NCBI GenBank assembly: GCA_002773395.1
Contig: PFBI01000006.1
Coordinates: 156,657 to 220,656 of the forward strand
Origin: Candidatus Kaiserbacteria bacterium CG10_big_fil_rev_8_21_14_0_10_47_16
Lineage (GTDB): Bacteria; Patescibacteriota; Minisyncoccia; Phycocordibacterales; UBA918
Direction: 5' to 3'
DNA: 64,000 nucleotides
Shown here: piece by piece, positions 51,258 to 62,439 of the stretch
How positions within the stretch are numbered: the first letter of the stretch is position 1
How the letters are laid out: the number at the start of each line of letters is the position of its first letter
Notes under the pieces: generated by a model
What the model saw: only the letters and a program-made list of their open reading frames with translations
The model's database searches: none
Told to the model about the DNA's origin: nothing
Program-made: the position numbers and the translations under genes

Positions 51258-52166
51258 TCAAACTTCCTTCATCGCCTCCATACCACCACTGATCTCTGAT
51301 ACTTCAGCAGTAATAACCGCCTGACGTTCCTTATTGAACTTCAGCGTCAGCGACTTAATCATTTCTTTTGTCTTATCGGTTGCGTTCTTCATTGCGATCA
51401 TACGCGCAGAATGTTCGCAGGCCTTACTCTCGATCAACATATGGAAAATCATAATGTTGATGAGCTGCGGCATGAGACTCTTAAGAACCGTCTCAGCGTC
51501 CGGCTCATACGTGTAATCACTCCCCCGCATAAGCTCGCTTTCATCTCCCGCAAACATTCCTTCCTTTGGACGAATACCGGCAACGATATCGCGCAGTACT
51601 GACGGCTTCAGTGGAAGAAGTTGCTGTGACGTTGGCCGCTGTTCAAAGGTTGAGACAAATGTTTGATAATTCACATGTACCTCTTTATACACACCACTTG
51701 CAAACGCATCCGAAATTTTTGTTGCGATATCTTCAACATCAGCAAGTGTGAAGTCGTCGGCAACACCGACATACTCCGCGATGACCTTTCCTTTTAGTTG
51801 GCGCCGCGCAAACTCAACAGCTTTGCGTCCAATACAAATCGAGTCGCACGCATCCATACCAATGTACTGCTCAGCTTGTTTCAATACCGCACTGTTGACG
51901 CTTCCTGCGAGCCCTTTATCACTGGTGACAAGCACAAGAAGAATACGTCCTTCAGGACGACTCTCAATATACGGAAGGAGCGCGCGATCACCCGTCACCG
52001 ATAGGTGCTCAAGCATACGTGCAGCGGCATGTGCGTACGAACGACTGGCAAGCGCACGTTCCTGACTCTTGCGCATTTTCACTGCAGACACAGCCTCCAT
52101 AGCCTTGGTCACTTGGCCGGTTTTCTTTGTCGCAACTATTTTGTTTTTAATGTTTTTGAGTGCCAT
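51258..52166 (-). CDS. atpG: ATP synthase gamma subunit
   Basis: TKAMEAVSAVK, SDKGLAG, EHSARMIAMKNATD, RQAVITAE. Confidence 0.96.
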   Translation of the reverse strand: MALKNIKNKIVATKKTGQVTKAMEAVSAVKMRKSQERALASRSYAHAAARMLEHLSVTGDRALLPYIESRPEGRILLVLVTSDKGLAGSVNSAVLKQAEQYIGMDACDSICIGRKAVEFARRQLKGKVIAEYVGVADDFTLADVEDIATKISDAFASGVYKEVHVNYQTFVSTFEQRPTSQQLLPLKPSVLRDIVAGIRPKEGMFAGDESELMRGSDYTYEPDAETVLKSLMPQLINIMIFHMLIESKACEHSARMIAMKNATDKTKEMIKSLTLKFNKERQAVITAEVSEISGGMEAMKEV

Positions 52167-52184
52167 AACGTACTGCGTGTGTGC

Positions 52185-53753
52185 TTACTTTGATGTGTAG
52201 AGGTCGCTGTGTGTGTCCTTAAAATCTGCAATCGCTACATCCATCTTCGCTGCGTCTTCATCGGTGAATGACTGTTCCTTTTCGATTGTATCGAGGAGGT
52301 TCTTTCGGTCACGTTCAACGAAGGCAACATACTTCTCTTCAATTGCAGAAACATTCTCTACTGGTGCTCCGTCCATGATGCCGTTGTTTGCTGCATAGAG
52401 CATGAGTACTTGCTTATGGAACGCAATCGGTTGATTACGACGCTGTTTGAGAAGTTCGGTAAACTTGCGGCCGTTCTCAATACGCTTCTTCGTATCATCG
52501 TCGAGGTCTGCAGCAAACTGCATGAATGCTTCAAGCTCTCGGAACTGTGCGAGCTCGAGACGAATCTTTCCTGCCACCTTCTTCATCGCCTTTGTCTGCG
52601 CTGAAGATCCCACACGTGATACCGAAATACCTACGTTGAGTGCTGGACGCACACCTTTGTTGAAGAGATCCATTTCAAGGAAAATCTGTCCGTCAGTAAT
52701 TGAAATCACGTTTGTTGGAATGTACGCAGATACGTCACCTTCCTGTGTTTCAATAATTGGAAGTGCGGTAATAGAACCGCCGCCAAGCTCTTTTGAAAGC
52801 TTTGCAGAACGCTCAAGAAGACGTGAGTGAAGGTAGAAAATATCTCCAGGATACGCTTCACGTCCTGGTGGTCGACGAAGAAGGAGTGACATCTGGCGGT
52901 ACGCAACCGCATGCTTTGAAAGGTCATCAAATACCACCACGACGTCACGCCCCTTCAACATGAAGTACTCAGCAATCGCAACTCCTGCAAACGGTGCAAG
53001 GAAGAGAATCGGTGATGCTTCTGATGCTGATGTTGAAACGACAACGGTGTACTCCATCGCACCTGCTTCTTCAAGCGTTCGCACAATGTTTGCGGTCTTT
53101 GATTGCTTCTGACCAATTGCAACGTAAATACAAATTGGACGCTTTTCCTTTGGCTCGTATTTCTGATTGATGATCGTGTCGATTGCAATCGTTGTCTTTC
53201 CGGTGCCACGGTCACCAATGATGAGCTCTCGCTGTCCGCGACCGATTGGGATCATTGAATCAATTGCTTTGATACCGGTGTGTATCGGCTCATTCACACT
53301 ACTGCGTTCCATAACACCAAACGCGACACGCTCAATCGGCATATCCTCGTCTGCTTTAATAGCACCACGGTCATCGAGTGGTTCCCCGAGAGGATTCACT
53401 ACACGTCCGACGATGTCTTCACCTACAGGAATAGAGAGTAGCTTTCCGGTACGCTTCACCGTCATTCCCTCTTTCACGGAATCACCACCTCCGAGAATTA
53501 CCACCTTCACCGTCTCTTCCTCGAGATTGAGAATGAGTCCGAGCGGTGATTCACCCGATTCGATTGCGTCTTTCAGGCTTTGACCACCTGCAGTATCGAA
53601 CGCCACCATCTCCATCATCTGCGCTGATTGAAGACCTTCGATTTCAGCAATACCATCAGCCACGCTGATGACGGTACCAATTTCTTTTGCTTCATTCCCT
53701 ACTTCAAGAGATGCGATCTCTTTTTTTATTCGTTCGATAACTGCTGTGCTCAT
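52185..53753 (-). CDS. atpA: ATP synthase alpha subunit
   Basis: [31 protein letters not shown]. Confidence 0.98.
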   Translation of the reverse strand: MSTAVIERIKKEIASLEVGNEAKEIGTVISVADGIAEIEGLQSAQMMEMVAFDTAGGQSLKDAIESGESPLGLILNLEEETVKVVILGGGDSVKEGMTVKRTGKLLSIPVGEDIVGRVVNPLGEPLDDRGAIKADEDMPIERVAFGVMERSSVNEPIHTGIKAIDSMIPIGRGQRELIIGDRGTGKTTIAIDTIINQKYEPKEKRPICIYVAIGQKQSKTANIVRTLEEAGAMEYTVVVSTSASEASPILFLAPFAGVAIAEYFMLKGRDVVVVFDDLSKHAVAYRQMSLLLRRPPGREAYPGDIFYLHSRLLERSAKLSKELGGGSITALPIIETQEGDVSAYIPTNVISITDGQIFLEMDLFNKGVRPALNVGISVSRVGSSAQTKAMKKVAGKIRLELAQFRELEAFMQFAADLDDDTKKRIENGRKFTELLKQRRNQPIAFHKQVLMLYAANNGIMDGAPVENVSAIEEKYVAFVERDRKNLLDTIEKEQSFTDEDAAKMDVAIADFKDTHSDLYTSK

Positions 53754-53762
53754 AGTGTGTAA

Positions 53763-54155
53763 TTAATAACTAATGCTCTTCTGATAAAGTGAAAGTAATT
53801 TTGTTCGGTAGCTCGCGTCAACTTCTGTGTTTTTGTGTCGTACGATAAATCCGCCGGTGAGGCGTTCATCAACAACATCCTTTGTGTGTCCTTCCCCTGC
53901 TCCCGTCGTATCAAGTGCTGCCGAGATGGCGGTCTTGAGGCGTTTGAAGTCTCCCTCTTTCGCAACAGTCACCACTGGCGTCTCTGACGATTCACGAAGT
54001 GCCTCGTACTTACGAAGTTGTGCGTAGATTGAGGTGCGAAGCTTCTGGTGTCCTCGTTTTTCAAGAACCGTATCAAGTCGCGCAAGAACATCCTTCGGCT
54101 GAAGGCCATCAAGCATTGCGTCGTATGTTGCTATTGCGTACGATTTTGACAACAT
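53763..54155 (-). CDS. atpH: ATP synthase delta subunit, short form
   Basis: VDERLTGGFIV..VDASY; located between atpF and atpA. Confidence 0.85.
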   Translation of the reverse strand: MLSKSYAIATYDAMLDGLQPKDVLARLDTVLEKRGHQKLRTSIYAQLRKYEALRESSETPVVTVAKEGDFKRLKTAISAALDTTGAGEGHTKDVVDERLTGGFIVRHKNTEVDASYRTKLLSLYQKSISY

Positions 54156-54160
54156 AGGTA

Positions 54161-54604
54161 TTATTTTTCTGCGAGCACTCGCTCTGCAGCAAGGACTGCG
54201 AGCTTGGCGATTTCTGCCTCACTCTCCTTCTCGGCTTTCGCTTTTATCTCTACTCCCTTTTTCTCAGCATCCACAATAAGCGCCTGTGCCTTTGCTTCCG
54301 CGACACCTACGAGTTCAACAGACTTTTCTGCAGCGTGTGCCTTTGCCTTTTCGGCAACGACCTCAGCTTCCTTTTGTGCTTTCGTGAGGAGACTGATTCG
54401 TTCTGCTTCTGCGTTCTCCTTCAGTGCCTTCGCATCTTCAGCATCCTGCAGCCCTTCATCGATGGTCTTCTTTCGATCATCGAGAAGCTTCAGTACTGGT
54501 GTGTAAAGGAAGTACCACAACGCACCTGCAAGCACGGCGAAGTTAAGGATCTGAATTGCGACAAGTCGCGTATCAAGTCCAAATGCATTAATGAGATCTT
54601 CCAT
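54161..54604 (-). CDS. atpF: ATP synthase b subunit
   Basis: QILNF..L..FLY.PV..LDDRKKTI followed by a coiled coil. Confidence 0.92.
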   Translation of the reverse strand: MEDLINAFGLDTRLVAIQILNFAVLAGALWYFLYTPVLKLLDDRKKTIDEGLQDAEDAKALKENAEAERISLLTKAQKEAEVVAEKAKAHAAEKSVELVGVAEAKAQALIVDAEKKGVEIKAKAEKESEAEIAKLAVLAAERVLAEK

Positions 54605-54668
54605 GATGTGTGATGCTTATGAGTAAGAGATTGGGCTTCGAGTGGGATAAAACGAGTTAGATGGCGTT

Positions 54669-54793
54669 TAAAGCTTTTCAGATTGCTTCGCATGCTAGGC
54701 GGACAAGGAAAATGATGTAAAACGTACTTGTCGTACGGTGAACATTATTTTACCGCAGTCCAACAACGCAGACGAAGTAAGCCTGAAAAGGCT

Positions 54794-54796
<3 letters not shown>
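54669..54796. repeat. CGTAC/GTACG-core structured repeat, copy 2
   Basis: atgctaggcggac...cgtacttgtcgtacg...gtccaacaacgcag; outer stem reaches the atpE stop codon. Confidence 0.7.
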
Positions 54797-55087
<291 letters not shown>

Positions 55088-55149
55088 TTACTTTATTCAC
55101 CGTAGCGAATAAATGAGAACGCACCGTGCGCGCTCTCATTTACCAACTA

Positions 55150-55956
55150 CTAATGGGGCTCTTCTACTGCAAGTTTGATGAAGAACAACGTCAAAATTGC
55201 AAAGATAAAGGCCTGAATGAACCCAACGAAGATCTCAAAGGCCATGAGCGGCACAGGTAGGAAGTACGGTAAGAAAAACAGTACCACGAGAATGAGGGTC
55301 TTTCCAGCAAAAATGTTTCCGAAGAGACGGAATGAAAAAGAGATAAGACGGGCCAATTCACTGATGAACTCAATGATTCCAATAGCGAACGCGAGCGGTG
55401 AGGAGAAGTTGAAGAACTTTCGGAAGTATTTAAAGAATCCAATCGTTACGACGCCGGCAATCTCAATGGCGAAGAACGCAATGAGCGCAAATGCGAGCGT
55501 GATGTTGAGGTCAGCTGCTGCGGGGTGGAAAAGTGTAATGGTGTCCTTTGCACTCTCACTGCCGTGCTCTACCACGGTCGTAAATGTGATTGCTTCAAGT
55601 CCTGGGACCTGCGCCACCCAGTTGATAGCGAGAATAAAGATAAAGATCGTCATAATCAGCGGAAAGTACTGTCGCGCAAGCTTCTTACTTTCAAGTACTT
55701 CTGCAATGTAATTGAACGAGAACCCGATAAGTTCTTCAACAATCAATTGGAACCGTCCCGGACGGAGCGCAAGCTTTGACCGAAGGATAATGACGAGAAT
55801 AATAACGATTGCCATCGCAAGCCACGCCGTGAGGAGGGTGTTGGTGATAGGTAGCCCGAAAAAGTGTCCGAGTATCTCTGGAGATAGATGGATAGGAAGC
55901 GCTGCTCCCTCTGATGCCGTATTTTCTGCTGCGTGTGCTACTGCTATAAATCCCAT
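55150..55956 (-). CDS. atpB: ATP synthase a subunit
   Basis: ITNT, PGRFQ, SFRLFGNIFAG, IQAFIFAILT. Confidence 0.95.
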   Translation of the reverse strand: MGFIAVAHAAENTASEGAALPIHLSPEILGHFFGLPITNTLLTAWLAMAIVIILVIILRSKLALRPGRFQLIVEELIGFSFNYIAEVLESKKLARQYFPLIMTIFIFILAINWVAQVPGLEAITFTTVVEHGSESAKDTITLFHPAAADLNITLAFALIAFFAIEIAGVVTIGFFKYFRKFFNFSSPLAFAIGIIEFISELARLISFSFRLFGNIFAGKTLILVVLFFLPYFLPVPLMAFEIFVGFIQAFIFAILTLFFIKLAVEEPH

Positions 55957-56099
55957 ATTTTGCGCGCGTATTCTAACAGATTTAGAGTATTAAATAAAGC
56001 CGATGTTGTGGGCAGAATAATAAGAAAACGTTGCATTGCATTACCCTACGCAAAATACTATAATCGGAGGCACTGTTTCGGAGTATTTCTCTAAAACCT

Positions 56100-56170
56100 G
56101 CGGCCATGGTTAAGTGGTATAACGAGTCCTTGCCAAGGATTAGTCGGGAGTTCGATTCTCCCTGGCCGCA
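56100..56170 (+). tRNA. tRNA-Gly(GCC)
   Basis: gcggcca-tggttaagtggtataac-agtcc ttgccaa ggatt-gggagttcgattctccc-tggccgc-a. Confidence 0.93.
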
Positions 56171-56311
56171 CAAACGCGTTAAAAAGACCTCCCCTGCGGG
56201 AGGTCTTTAGCGTTTGTGAGCCGGAGCGATGTTTCGGCTATTCCTAATGCCGAAACCGCGAGGCCGGGGAGGAAGTGCTTATGAGCGTAAGCGAATTAGC
56301 AACTTGACCCC
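56171..56311 (+). repeat. tRNA-Gly 3' trailer element
   Basis: Hairpin, then agccggagcgatgtttcggctattcctaatgccgaaaccgcgaggc, then tgcttatgagcgtaagcgaattagca. Confidence 0.82.
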
Positions 56312-56338
56312 AATATAGAAAACGTGTGACCCATCCTT

Positions 56339-57088
56339 CTAAATATTTTTCAACGTTTTTTCTCTCAGCTCTTCGTTTTTTCTCTCTAAAGTAGAATACT
56401 TTTCTTTAAAGTCACTACATAATGTAACTAAAGGGTAGTCCTCTACAGCACGATTTACTAAACCCAAAATACCAATTCCTAGATTTGCAGTCATCCAAAG
56501 ATCGGCTTTGTAGTATTTCTCATCTACTACCTCAAAAAATGACACGCTGAATTTACCCTCATTAGTTACCTTCACACCTCTCCACGCATCGATGATATTT
56601 GCATGAACAGATTGAAGCGACGCCCTTTCTTTAAACCCCTTGAGAGAAGAGCTTCCAACTGGATACTGCGCACTCAGCCAGTTGAACATTTTTGTCCTTA
56701 ATTTATCGGACGCTTCAAAAACCCCATTTTTACTCTTTTTTGCAAATTTTCCATGCTCATCAGGGTGAGCTAGGGCAAAAATAGCCCACGCACCAGCTTC
56801 TGAAGCTTGGCGTATATTGAACGCCGTTTGAGATCGATGACGACGGATACTCGAGAGCGCAGCCAACATCAAGTGTTTCTGAGCGAACGAAAAGAAGGTG
56901 ATGAAAATATGAGCATTCTTTCCAGTGTCAACTATTGAAGAGTTCATAAAATTAAAAACTTCCTGAGTATGGATATATAACTCAGTATTTCTAACATCAG
57001 TCTGCATTAATATTTTATTTTCAGTCTCTGCCATCAAAAGTATGTGGTCTGGACTTGAAATAAATAATCTTTTAATTCTGTTCCACAT
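56339..57088 (-). CDS. AT-rich hypothetical protein, possibly HEPN/DUF5677-like
   Basis: 249 aa; visibly lower GC than neighbours; IRQASE and SLQSVHAN motifs. Confidence 0.65.
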   Translation of the reverse strand: MWNRIKRLFISSPDHILLMAETENKILMQTDVRNTELYIHTQEVFNFMNSSIVDTGKNAHIFITFFSFAQKHLMLAALSSIRRHRSQTAFNIRQASEAGAWAIFALAHPDEHGKFAKKSKNGVFEASDKLRTKMFNWLSAQYPVGSSSLKGFKERASLQSVHANIIDAWRGVKVTNEGKFSVSFFEVVDEKYYKADLWMTANLGIGILGLVNRAVEDYPLVTLCSDFKEKYSTLERKNEELREKTLKNI

Positions 57089-57133
57089 AGTATTCTAATA
57101 TTACCAAAAAACCGGCTCTCGCCGGTTTTTTAT

Positions 57134-59821
57134 TTACACTGCCACCTTACTCTTTGAATCCTTTTTCTTTAGACTCTTTCGATCTCCTTTCTTCTTTATA
57201 TCGAAGTCTACTTCACCCTTCTTCATTGAGACTGAAACACTTCCCCCTTGGAGCATTCCTTCTCCAACCATCATTGAAGCAACAGGAGTGAGGATCTTTG
57301 ACTGAATCACACGCTTGAGTGGACGCGCACCAAACTTTGGATCGTATCCTTCCTTGGCGATGTAATCGAGCACATCGCGCGTGACGGTAAGTTTAATATC
57401 TTTGTTGTGTAGACGCTTCTGAATGATTTCAATCTGCATCTCAACAATACTGCGAATCGTTTCTGGACTGAGGAGATCAAAGACAATGATCTCATCGAGA
57501 CGGTTGAGGAACTCTGGTCGGAAGTAGGTCTTGAGACTTTCAAGCACCTTGCCTTTCGCCTGTCCATATTGTTCGCCCTCATCGCTGTTTGAGAATCCAA
57601 ACTTCGACATACGGTCAATGTGCTCTGCGCCGATGTTTGAAGTCATGATGACAACTGTGTTTTTGAAGTTTACGCGGCGACCCTTTGCGTCAGTTAAATG
57701 TCCTGAATCAAGTACCTGCAAGAGAATGTTAAAGACTTCAGGGTGCGCCTTTTCAATTTCGTCAAAGAGAATGACTGAGTACGGTCGGTGTCGTACAATT
57801 TCTGTTATCACTCCGCCCTCCTCATGACCAACGTACCCTGGAGGTGATCCAATGATTTTAGACACAGAGTGCTTCTCCATGTACTCACTCATGTCGATCC
57901 GGATGAGTGCTTTCTCATCATCAAACATAAACTCAGCAAGTGCACGTGAAAGCTCTGTCTTCCCCACACCTGTTGGACCAAGGAAAAGGAATGAACCAAT
58001 CGGACGGTTCGGGTCTGCAATACCTGCTCGTGAGCGCTTCACGGCGTCTGCAACAAGCTTTACGGCGTGACCTTGTCCCACAACACGCTTCGTGAGTTCT
58101 TCTTCCATACGAGAGAGTTTCTTCGCTTCTTCTTCGAGCATGCGGGCTACCGGTACACCTGTCCAACGTGATACGACGAGCGCGATGTCTTCTTCAGTCA
58201 CCTCTTCTTTAAGAAGACGACGTGTACGATGGAGCTTCTTCATACGCGCAATCTTATCTTCGAGTTCTTTCTCAAGTTTTGGAATGCGATCGTATCGAAT
58301 TTCTGCAGCACGCGTAAGATCGGCAATTGCTTCTGCCTGCTCTGCTTCAACACGAAGTTCCTCAAGTGTCTTTTTCATTTCACGAATCTCGTTGAGTACG
58401 TCGCGTTCGTTATTCCACTTTGTTTCAAGCGCTTTGGTCATTTCACGAAGTTCACCAATTTCCTTATCGATTTCTCGAAGTCGCTTCCGGAGTTGTGTTT
58501 TCTTTTCAGTGATTTCTTCTTCTTTCTTAAGTGCTTCCTTTTCAATTTCAAGACGACGAACCTTACGATCAGAGACCACAAGTTCCTCTGGCTTATTCTC
58601 AAGTGAGATACGGAGTGCTGATCCAGCTTCATCAATAAGGTCAACTGCCTTGTCAGGAAGGAATCGGTCGGTGATATAGCGTGCAGATAGATTTACCGCT
58701 GCCACAATAGCGTCGTCAGTAATACGGACGCCGTGGAAGAGCTCATACTTCTCCGCAACACCTCGCATAATCGCGATTGCATCTTCGATAGATGGTTCAT
58801 TTACATGGACAGGTTGGAAACGACGGGTAAGTGCTGGGTCTCGTTCAATATATTTTTGATATTCCTTCAGTGTTGTCGCGCCAATAACACGAAGCTCACC
58901 ACGCGCGAGCGCTGGCTTCAGCATGTTTGATGCGTCCATTGTTCCTTCCGCCTGCCCTGCACCGACAATAGTGTGGAGCTCGTCGATAAAGAGAATTACA
59001 TGTCCAGCAGACTGTTCCACTTCTTTCATCACTGCCTTGAGGCGCTCTTCAAATTCTCCGCGGAACTTTGTTCCTGCAACGAGGAGTCCGAGATCGAGTG
59101 AAAGAATTTCTTTATCCTTCACTGATTCTGGAACGTTGCCCTGTACGATTGAAAGTGCGAGACCTTCTGCAATAGCAGTCTTCCCGACACCCGCTTCACC
59201 GATGAGTACGGGGTTGTTCTTCGTTCGGCGAGAGAGAATCTGTACGACGCGTTGGATTTCAACATCACGCCCAATGACGGGGTCGAGTTTATTTTCTTGT
59301 GCAAGCTTTGTGAGGTTGCGTGAGTATTTGCCGAGTGCACGGTATTTCTTCGGTTGTGTTGCATCGTCAATACCACCTTCACGAATTTCAGTGAGTGCGT
59401 TTTCAACCTGCTTCTTATTTACACCCGATTGCTCGAGCGCTTCGATAGCGGGACCTGGGTACTCGAGGAGTGCGAGGAAGAGGTGTTCAACCCCAACGTA
59501 TGCATCATGGAATCCTTCCGCAATGCGGCCTGATTTCTCAATGGCGCTCGCAAGGTCTGGTGTGAGATAGAGTTGGTATGATTGTGAAATAGCACCTCCC
59601 ATCTCTGGACCATCAAGTGCTTCGAGGAGCAGGTCGGTGAGAGCGATGACGTCGATGTCGAGTCGGTCCAAAATAGCAATAACGGTGTTCTCTTCCTGCA
59701 TCACCAAAGCAGCCAACAGGTGGGTTGGACTGACGTGATTTTGACCGCGTTCAATAGCGATTTCATGGGCTTTTCGGATTGCCTCTTTCGCGCGGGATGT
59801 GAAGTTGTTGAAATTTGGCAT
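57134..59821 (-). CDS. clpB: ATP-dependent chaperone ClpB
   Basis: Clp-N repeats, GEAGVGKT, long coiled-coil middle domain with [14 protein letters not shown]; no IGF loop recognised. Confidence 0.93.
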   Translation of the reverse strand: MPNFNNFTSRAKEAIRKAHEIAIERGQNHVSPTHLLAALVMQEENTVIAILDRLDIDVIALTDLLLEALDGPEMGGAISQSYQLYLTPDLASAIEKSGRIAEGFHDAYVGVEHLFLALLEYPGPAIEALEQSGVNKKQVENALTEIREGGIDDATQPKKYRALGKYSRNLTKLAQENKLDPVIGRDVEIQRVVQILSRRTKNNPVLIGEAGVGKTAIAEGLALSIVQGNVPESVKDKEILSLDLGLLVAGTKFRGEFEERLKAVMKEVEQSAGHVILFIDELHTIVGAGQAEGTMDASNMLKPALARGELRVIGATTLKEYQKYIERDPALTRRFQPVHVNEPSIEDAIAIMRGVAEKYELFHGVRITDDAIVAAVNLSARYITDRFLPDKAVDLIDEAGSALRISLENKPEELVVSDRKVRRLEIEKEALKKEEEITEKKTQLRKRLREIDKEIGELREMTKALETKWNNERDVLNEIREMKKTLEELRVEAEQAEAIADLTRAAEIRYDRIPKLEKELEDKIARMKKLHRTRRLLKEEVTEEDIALVVSRWTGVPVARMLEEEAKKLSRMEEELTKRVVGQGHAVKLVADAVKRSRAGIADPNRPIGSFLFLGPTGVGKTELSRALAEFMFDDEKALIRIDMSEYMEKHSVSKIIGSPPGYVGHEEGGVITEIVRHRPYSVILFDEIEKAHPEVFNILLQVLDSGHLTDAKGRRVNFKNTVVIMTSNIGAEHIDRMSKFGFSNSDEGEQYGQAKGKVLESLKTYFRPEFLNRLDEIIVFDLLSPETIRSIVEMQIEIIQKRLHNKDIKLTVTRDVLDYIAKEGYDPKFGARPLKRVIQSKILTPVASMMVGEGMLQGGSVSVSMKKGEVDFDIKKKGDRKSLKKKDSKSKVAV

Positions 59822-59899
59822 AACTACAAATAGAAGCTAATAACTCCATGATGCAACAGAATGGCGAGTGAGTCAACTTTTAGATTTGCTCAACTCCCT

Positions 59900-60022
59900 C
59901 TAATTCTCTAAACGAGATGAGATGCGCGGCGTCGACGAACGAAGCTTCGAGGCGTACTTTGTCGTACGACGAGAAACTTCGTGAGGAAGACAACAAAGCA
60001 GGTCGCTCGTTTAGAGAATTAG
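59900..60022. repeat. CGTAC/GTACG-core structured repeat, copy 3
   Basis: atgcgcggcgtc...cgtactttgtcgtacg...gacaacaaagcag; 17 bp closing inverted repeat includes the leuS 3' end. Confidence 0.72.
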
Positions 60023-62365
60023 ATTTAGGATTTTGCCCGGCTTATAAATGATTTTCTTAATCTCCTCTTTTTCAAGACGCTCTACGAGTGATTTACTTTC
60101 ACGAACTGCAGCGAGCGCTTCTTCTTCGGTTGCGTCTGGTGCAATCGTGATATCACCACGTGATTTTCCGTTTATCTGCACACCAATGGTGACGACATCA
60201 TCTTTTGCAAGCGCCGCATCGTACTCTGGGAATGACTGACGGTGAATCAATTCGCTCTCTCCTGCCTCGTGCCACAACTCTTCGGTGAGATGCGGTGCAA
60301 ACGGCGCAAGGAGCGTGAGGAATATTTTGTACGTTGTCTCTGTAACTCCTTCTTTCTCCGCAACGTTGAGGAAGATCATCATGCTGCTGATTGCGGTATT
60401 GAATTTGAAGGCTTCGATATCGTCACGGACTTTCTTGATTGTCTTGTGGAGTGTGCGGGTTACCTCTTCAGAATCAGAGTCGACAATATGACCCCCAAGA
60501 CCATTCACTCTCTCGAGGAATCGTTGCGCACCCACAATACCATCTGAGCTCCATGCGATCGTATTCTCAAAAGGACCCATGAACATTTCGTATACACGAA
60601 GTGCATCGGCACCATTTCGTTTTACGATATCGTCTGGATTGATGACGTTCCCCCATCGCTTCGACATCTTCTTTCCATCTTCTGCAAGAATGAATCCGAG
60701 GAATTCAAGTCGCTGAAATGGTTCAATCGTATGCACAACGCCGAGGTCGTAAAGGAACTTGTGCCAAAATCGCGCGTAGATAAGGTGGCGTACCGCATGA
60801 TCTCCTCCAACGTACACATCGACGGGCGCCCACTTCTTTTCTTTTTCTGGGTCAATGAGTGCTGCATCGTTTTTCGGATCAATGAAACGGAGGTAGTACC
60901 ACGATGAACCTGCCCACTGCGGCATCGTGTTTGTTTCTCGCTTCCCTGCGCCGCCACACTTCGGACACTCAACGTTCACCCACGCATCAATATTCGCGAG
61001 TGGTGATTCGCCTGTTCCTGTTGGCTCATAGTGCTCTACGTCAGGAAGAGTAACCGGAAGTTGATCTTCTGGCACAGGTACCACACCGCACTTCTCACAG
61101 TGAATCACTGGAATTGGTTCCCCCCAGTAACGCTGGCGTGAAAACACCCAGTCATTGAGACGATACGTACTCGTCATCTTTCCACCAACCTTTGCGGTGA
61201 TTGCAGCCTTCGCTTCTTCAGAATTCATGCCATTGAATTCACTAGACTCAACCAGTGTGCCTGCTTCATCCACTACTGTCTTAATCGATAGATTAAATTT
61301 TTCTGCAAATTCATGGTCGCGCTCGTCATGCGCTGGGACTGCCATAATCGCGCCCGTACCATACCCAGCAAGAACGTAATCGGCGATGAACACGGGAATC
61401 TCTTCTCCGTTTGCAGGATTCGTTGCGGTTATTCCCTCAAGCTTCACACCTGTCTTTTCTTTCGTCGCGTTGAGACGGTCTTGTTCACTCTTTTCTTTAC
61501 TTAGTACGATATATCGTACTACCTCGTCCCAATTTTGGATTGTATCCTTCAGTTCTGTAATAAGTTCATGTTCTGGAGCAAGTACAAGATATGTAGCACC
61601 AAAGAGCGTGTCGGGGCGTGTAGTAAATACTTTTACCTCTTCTCCTGTAGAGAGTTTGAATGTTATTTCAGCACCTTCACTCCGTCCAATCCAATTGCGC
61701 TGTGCTTCTTTGATATGTTCTGGCCACTGTGTAAGTGTGTCTAGGTCAGCAAGCATTCGGTCTGCGTAGTCGGTAATCTTAAGTACCCACTGGCGCATCG
61801 GCTTCTTTTCTACTGCACTTCCACAACGCTCGCACGTACCATCGCTCTCAAGGTCTTCGTTTGCAAGACCTGTCTGACATGATGGGCACCAGTTGATTGG
61901 TTCATGCGATTCATATGCAAGACCTTTTTCAAGGAGCTTCAGAAAAATCCACTGCGTCCACTTATAGTACGCAGGGTCAGTCGTATTTATTTCACGTGTC
62001 CAATCGTAGTTGAAGCCGAGGTGTGCAAGCTGCGCTTTGAAGTTTGCAATGTTTTTCTCTACGGCATCGCGTGGATGGATTTTGTTTTTGATCGCAAAGT
62101 TCTCTGCAGGAAGTCCGAACGCATCCCAACCCATCGGATGCAAAACCTCATAGCCCGACATTTTCTTAAAGCGAGAGTAGACGTCGGTTGCGATGTAGCC
62201 CTTCGGGTGCCCAACATGGAGCCCTTCCCCTGATGGGTACGGGAACATATCGAGAACGTAGACCTTTTCTTTATTAGAGGAGTCGTCTGTCGTATACAAG
62301 TCACTGTCGCGCCATGCTTCCTGCCATTTCTGTTCTATTTCAGCGTGATTAAATTTCTTATGCAT
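60011..62365 (-). CDS. leuS: Leucine--tRNA ligase
   Basis: MFPYPSGEGLHVGH, GWDAFGLPAEN, FTTRPDT, GTGAIMAVPAHD, SRQRYWG, KMSKR. Confidence 0.98.
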   Translation of the reverse strand: MHKKFNHAEIEQKWQEAWRDSDLYTTDDSSNKEKVYVLDMFPYPSGEGLHVGHPKGYIATDVYSRFKKMSGYEVLHPMGWDAFGLPAENFAIKNKIHPRDAVEKNIANFKAQLAHLGFNYDWTREINTTDPAYYKWTQWIFLKLLEKGLAYESHEPINWCPSCQTGLANEDLESDGTCERCGSAVEKKPMRQWVLKITDYADRMLADLDTLTQWPEHIKEAQRNWIGRSEGAEITFKLSTGEEVKVFTTRPDTLFGATYLVLAPEHELITELKDTIQNWDEVVRYIVLSKEKSEQDRLNATKEKTGVKLEGITATNPANGEEIPVFIADYVLAGYGTGAIMAVPAHDERDHEFAEKFNLSIKTVVDEAGTLVESSEFNGMNSEEAKAAITAKVGGKMTSTYRLNDWVFSRQRYWGEPIPVIHCEKCGVVPVPEDQLPVTLPDVEHYEPTGTGESPLANIDAWVNVECPKCGGAGKRETNTMPQWAGSSWYYLRFIDPKNDAALIDPEKEKKWAPVDVYVGGDHAVRHLIYARFWHKFLYDLGVVHTIEPFQRLEFLGFILAEDGKKMSKRWGNVINPDDIVKRNGADALRVYEMFMGPFENTIAWSSDGIVGAQRFLERVNGLGGHIVDSDSEEVTRTLHKTIKKVRDDIEAFKFNTAISSMMIFLNVAEKEGVTETTYKIFLTLLAPFAPHLTEELWHEAGESELIHRQSFPEYDAALAKDDVVTIGVQINGKSRGDITIAPDATEEEALAAVRESKSLVERLEKEEIKKIIYKPGKILNLIL

Positions 62366-62392
62366 ACGAGTATAGGTGAAGGTTCATTATAA

Positions 62393-62435
62393 AGAAAAGA
62401 GCCGCGAGAATCAAAGATTCTCGCGGCTCTTTTCT
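62393..62435. terminator. Terminator hairpin
   Basis: gaaaagagccgcgagaatc-aaa-gattctcgcggctcttttc. Confidence 0.75.
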
Positions 62436-62439
62436 CATC

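Noticed and set aside
56171-57133. Intact integrative island at tRNA-Gly
   Set aside because: No integrase and no direct repeat of the tRNA-Gly 3' end found beyond the AT-rich gene.
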